Source: Christensenella sp. UBA6345 (GTDB lineage Bacteria > Bacillota > Clostridia > Christensenellales > UBA1242). From it: a DNA stretch of 64,000 bases. The notes under the pieces were generated by a model that was not told where the DNA came from, did no database searches, and saw only the letters and a list, made by a program, of their open reading frames with translations. The position numbers were made by a program, and so were the translations under genes. Shown piece after piece: positions 60,378-64,000 of this stretch (position 1 is the first letter of the stretch; each line of letters opens with the position of its first letter). The stretch covers positions 22,390-86,389 of the forward strand of contig DJSB01000030.1 of the NCBI GenBank assembly GCA_002437945.1. The letters are read 5' to 3'.

Positions 60378-61559
60378 CTACGCTTCAGTAATACCAGACA
60401 ATTTGGCTTGACCATTAGGTTTATCGCAGATAAGATCTGCATACTTAACTAAAGTAGCAGTATATGTTGGTTTACCAGCATTTTGTCTTAAAATACGACT
60501 ATCATCACCTTCCAACCATTGCCAATCGCACAATTGATGTAAAGTAAATTCTTTAGTGTTAAGTAAATACATTACACCTGATTCAATAAATCTATCAGAT
60601 ACTAGTGGTATACCACTATAAGATAATGCTTTATAACCACCGTTAAGTTCCATAACATCTACATTACGTTTATAAGTGTTAAGATGATTTTGATATGCAC
60701 GTTTAACTCCACTAGAACAAGTAATAAAATCTACTACTGAACCAGTAACTTCTTCTAGGTTATCAATTGCTTTTTGAATTGCTGTTTCGGAAATAGTACC
60801 TACAGATGATGCTGTATATGGATTCATCCATGTATATGTACTCTTATTAACACCATAAAGTGATGTAGCACTTGAATCAAATATTTTACCAAGACCAGTA
60901 ATTTCTAGATTGTATGATCCTTGAACTACAATCTTATCTGTAGTTTTATCAAGTGCTGTAGTAAATGATTTATCAAAATAAATGTTTTTGTTGGCTCTAT
61001 CAATTTTTGTAATTTTTACTGTTTTACCATTAGCAAGATATTCTTCATCATCAGTATTATATATAGATACAATCATACCTTCCATAAAATTACGTGTATC
61101 GTCTACAGTAATATAATTTTTAGTAGCGGTATGAGTATAACTATTTGTTAATATTCCAGAGCCATCACCATATAACATACGGCTTAAATTGAAGTTACTT
61201 GCTTTAATTAAACCTTCCATTTCGGCATTAAGTAAATTAACAAATGCTCCAGCATTATTCTCGCTAGAACGAATTGCTTTATCAGAAATTTCAATAGTTC
61301 CATATAAGTTCTTTAAAGTGCTTACGAATTGAACGTAGTTGTTGCCGTTGGCTACAGGAAGTGAACCATCTTCTGTACCAGCACCAATACCACCATTAAT
61401 ACCAAATGGTGCAAGTTTTCTAATTTCTTTTCCCCATACATCGGCAGTGCTTTGTTTAATTTTTGAAAGTAATGGATTGCTGTTTATGTTAAGTTGGTCA
61501 GAAACCACACCTAAATAAACTGTTTTTAATGCATTCTCTGCAGTGTTAAGTGTTACCAT
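60378..61559 (-). CDS. phage major capsid protein
   Basis: 393 aa. AGGAGA RBS. Sits in the portal-scaffold-capsid position. The sequence is typical of capsid proteins by eye. No search was run. Confidence 0.65.
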   Translation of the reverse strand: MVTLNTAENALKTVYLGVVSDQLNINSNPLLSKIKQSTADVWGKEIRKLAPFGINGGIGAGTEDGSLPVANGNNYVQFVSTLKNLYGTIEISDKAIRSSENNAGAFVNLLNAEMEGLIKASNFNLSRMLYGDGSGILTNSYTHTATKNYITVDDTRNFMEGMIVSIYNTDDEEYLANGKTVKITKIDRANKNIYFDKSFTTALDKTTDKIVVQGSYNLEITGLGKIFDSSATSLYGVNKSTYTWMNPYTASSVGTISETAIQKAIDNLEEVTGSVVDFITCSSGVKRAYQNHLNTYKRNVDVMELNGGYKALSYSGIPLVSDRFIESGVMYLLNTKEFTLHQLCDWQWLEGDDSRILRQNAGKPTYTATLVKYADLICDKPNGQAKLSGITEA

Positions 61560-61570
61560 AATTATTTCTC

Positions 61571-62197
61571 CTATTTACTAAATAATTTTTCTGCCAACAA
61601 CTTCGCTTCGTTTAAGTCAGCCGGCCTATTAAAAGGCGTAAGGCCTACGCTTCCTGTTCGAGTACTATTAATAAGTTGTGGCGACTTGTTTTGTTTTATT
61701 TTTTCTAAATATTCATTAATGATTTGTTCTTTAATACTTTCGTTATTAAGAACATAATTTTTTATAAATTCTGGATCTTTAACTAGTTCGGATTCAGATC
61801 TATATTTGTTAGCCTTGACTCTGTCAAAAGCCAATTGAAGGGAGTTGGGCATACTTGCCATAACTTTATCCTTAACCAGTTCTGCCATTATCTCGCTAGC
61901 ATAATTTTGAGCAGTAGAATTATTGGCTAAAAATTCTTTAACACAATCTCCCCACTCTTCTTTTTCATAAAAGGGTTGTAGTTCTTTTTCATTAGAATTA
62001 CAATTATCCTTTTCTAGTTCACTAAGCCTTTGACATTTTCTAGTGAACTCGGACTGCAAGTTAACATATGCTTCTTGTAATGCTTGCACGTCCTTAAATT
62101 TATCTAAAGAGCCTAAAGCGGAATCTACAGCACAATCACCCAACTTTTCATACGAAACATTGCTTGATTCTTCACTTATTGGTTGTTCTTTACTCAT
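61571..62197 (-). CDS. phage scaffolding protein
   Basis: ATG at 62197 follows AAGGAG. About 208 aa, helical, acidic and charged. Lies between portal and capsid and overlaps the portal stop by 8 nt. Confidence 0.55.
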   Translation of the reverse strand: MSKEQPISEESSNVSYEKLGDCAVDSALGSLDKFKDVQALQEAYVNLQSEFTRKCQRLSELEKDNCNSNEKELQPFYEKEEWGDCVKEFLANNSTAQNYASEIMAELVKDKVMASMPNSLQLAFDRVKANKYRSESELVKDPEFIKNYVLNNESIKEQIINEYLEKIKQNKSPQLINSTRTGSVGLTPFNRPADLNEAKLLAEKLFSK

Positions 62198-64000
62198 GTT
62201 GATTCTCCTTTTCATTAATTATTTGGTTAAATTGTTTATGTTGTCTTATATGTTCAAGCATCAATTTTTCTAATTTTGGATTACGTTTCTGTGCTTTTTC
62301 AAATTCATCTGACAACATAAAACAAGTATGTTCGTTGATATGTAAATCATGATTATCAATTTCTCTAGGCATATCAATACGACCTTCATCTAATAACATT
62401 AAATGTTCCTTACCGGCACGTTTTATTTGTAACGTTTTTACATCTTGAGAGTTCTCCCAAATACCAAAACCGAGTTGCTCTAAAAGTTTATATCTAACCG
62501 AATTATTAAGTTTACCATTCTCATCATGAAGCAATCCAGAATTAAATATTTCAAAAATCATATTACGTTTTTGTGCCAAACTTTCATTAAGTTCGTTCTC
62601 TGTTTCAAAAACAACATCATCACTATTAATATCAGATTTATTCCAATAAAACATTTCTATACTGCCGTTACCATTAATAAGTTTTGAACTAGTTTTTCCA
62701 TCAATAAATTGTTTATATAATCGTAATATTTGTTTACTAATTTCTTTAACTGCTTGTCTAATTTCTTCTGCACTATTAATTAATCTTGCTTCATCTTGTT
62801 CGATTAATAATTCAAGTGCAACACCACTAATATTGTTGGTCAAACTAGAACTACGAAGTAAATCACTTACTCCACTGACAGTTAAAAACTCATTAAGTAA
62901 TCTATCTTCTTCATAGTTAAAATCTGCAGGAACATTACCCGAACTTAATAGTCTAGGTACTTGCGAACCTTGTCTATATATAAGTACTTTACCCGGTGCC
63001 ATACCTTCTTCTTCAAGATTGTCAGTATCAATAGACCCATCTTCAACCGCCATAACACCCATACTAATACGATTAAGAAATTCATGTTTTCTATTCTTAA
63101 TTGCGTTATAACTACGTTGGATAGGAATACATCTATCAACTACACTTCCACCCCATAAACAATTGGGATTCTTGATAGAACATTGAGAAATAAAAGGATA
63201 ACCACGTTTATTTTCAGATTTATTAATATATGGTAATTCGCCAATATATACTATTTTTTTGTCAGCAAGTATAATCAATCTGCCATTAGGATACTTGGTA
63301 GTAGGCATTTCATATTTTTCTAAAACAAGCGCTGAATTATGTTTAACTGATTTACCAGCCTTATTAACTCTACCATAATAGCCTAGTCCACCAGCAAGAT
63401 TAACACTATCAAGTGTAAACACATCTAGATCTTTACCTTCAACATCAACACCCCACATATCTTTTATAGTATCGACATTATATACTCTAGCCTGAATAAC
63501 ACTTTTACAGTCATCTAAACTTAAATAGGTATTACTATCAGGAAATATTTCAAAAGGACTTACTACATCTATTTGTACATCGCCTTCACATATTTTTATT
63601 CCATCATCAAAGCCTATAGTATTACCCTTATTATTATTCCAAGTTACTTTGTAGAATACTGTACCACATAATTCACTCCATACTGTTGCTTCGCTAATTA
63701 ATCTACTTAAATTAAGTTTATAACTAGTAGCCTTAAGTATATTTTTACTTACTTTGGCACAATTAACATCTTGGTCACTATCAGTAAATGGGACAACAGT
63801 CATACTAGGTCTTACCTTTGCAAGTTTTGACAATCTTTGTTCAAGAATTGGTGCAATATGATTGTATACTTCCCTTTCCTGCCAAAAGAATTGTTTTTCA
63901 AAATCAACTACTTCATTGTTATTGTTAATGGCACAATATTGATTGCCGATAAAGAAATTAATATTAAGTTGCCAATTTGCTTCATAACGTTTACGTTCCT
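62190..64000 (-). CDS. phage portal protein (5' end beyond window edge)
   Basis: My translation shows the frame stays open upstream of the tracked TTG start all the way to base 64000 (...ERKRYEANWQLNINFFIGNQYCAINNNN...). Size above 600 aa and its position before scaffold and capsid support the call. Confidence 0.7.
   Translation of the reverse strand, partial: ERKRYEANWQLNINFFIGNQYCAINNNNEVVDFEKQFFWQEREVYNHIAPILEQRLSKLAKVRPSMTVVPFTDSDQDVNCAKVSKNILKATSYKLNLSRLISEATVWSELCGTVFYKVTWNNNKGNTIGFDDGIKICEGDVQIDVVSPFEIFPDSNTYLSLDDCKSVIQARVYNVDTIKDMWGVDVEGKDLDVFTLDSVNLAGGLGYYGRVNKAGKSVKHNSALVLEKYEMPTTKYPNGRLIILADKKIVYIGELPYINKSENKRGYPFISQCSIKNPNCLWGGSVVDRCIPIQRSYNAIKNRKHEFLNRISMGVMAVEDGSIDTDNLEEEGMAPGKVLIYRQGSQVPRLLSSGNVPADFNYEEDRLLNEFLTVSGVSDLLRSSSLTNNISGVALELLIEQDEARLINSAEEIRQAVKEISKQILRLYKQFIDGKTSSKLINGNGSIEMFYWNKSDINSDDVVFETENELNESLAQKRNMIFEIFNSGLLHDENGKLNNSVRYKLLEQLGFGIWENSQDVKTLQIKRAGKEHLMLLDEGRIDMPREIDNHDLHINEHTCFMLSDEFEKAQKRNPKLEKLMLEHIRQHKQFNQIINEKENQHE

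Larger units (their letters stand above)
54964..64000 (-). mobile_element. prophage (or phage remnant), late structural and lysis end; continues beyond the window
   Basis: A tightly packed, overlapping minus-strand gene train: portal, scaffold, capsid, small connector genes, three larger structural genes, then two holin-type genes. No tape-measure-sized gene is present. The left limit is set at the operon terminator. No att site can be defined. Confidence 0.75.

Overview
Very AT-rich chromosomal segment of a low-GC endospore-forming Firmicute (standard genetic code, CCA-encoded tRNAs, Bacillus-like synteny). Most genes are on the minus strand.

Main blocks:
- 1..9100: glycerol and lipid genes (partner oxidoreductase, G3P dehydrogenase-like, glpK, lysophospholipase-like, EEP phosphoesterase), then an ArsR-family regulator with a P1B heavy-metal ATPase.
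- 9426..12939: metG, small orphan genes, and a Val-Gly-Cys-Leu tRNA cluster.
- 13322..29014: the conserved yloV-asp23-rpmB-spoVM-rpe-rsgA-rlmN-rsmB-fmt-def-priA-rpoZ block, fused to ligA-pcrA.
- 29693..40692: rpsU-HIT-mtaB-rsmE-dnaJ-dnaK-grpE-hrcA (with CIRCE)-hemW-lepA.
- 40997..54796: a less conserved stretch with a degenerate GDPD-like gene, an ABC exporter with a leader ORF, rarA, an N-rich orphan, RNase P RNA, pro-sigma-K, a zinc-ribbon/LRR protein, a U32 peptidase with an O-methyltransferase, RNase J, and two unknown polytopic membrane proteins.
- about 54964..64000: the late/structural end of a prophage (portal, scaffold, capsid, tail-associated genes, two holin-type genes), running off the window edge.

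I saw no CRISPR array, transposase, integrase or recognisable defence enzyme, and I cannot name one clear novel system.

Best leads:
1. A compact GC-enriched four-way-junction element upstream of sigK.
2. A metallothionein-like Cys-rich N-terminus on GrpE.
3. A leader ORF and structured leader in front of the ABC exporter.
4. An rsgA whose conserved N-terminus lacks a canonical start codon.
5. A podovirus-like prophage lysis module with no visible endolysin, abutted by two unknown membrane proteins.

All protein calls come from by-eye motif and synteny recognition. No database search was run.
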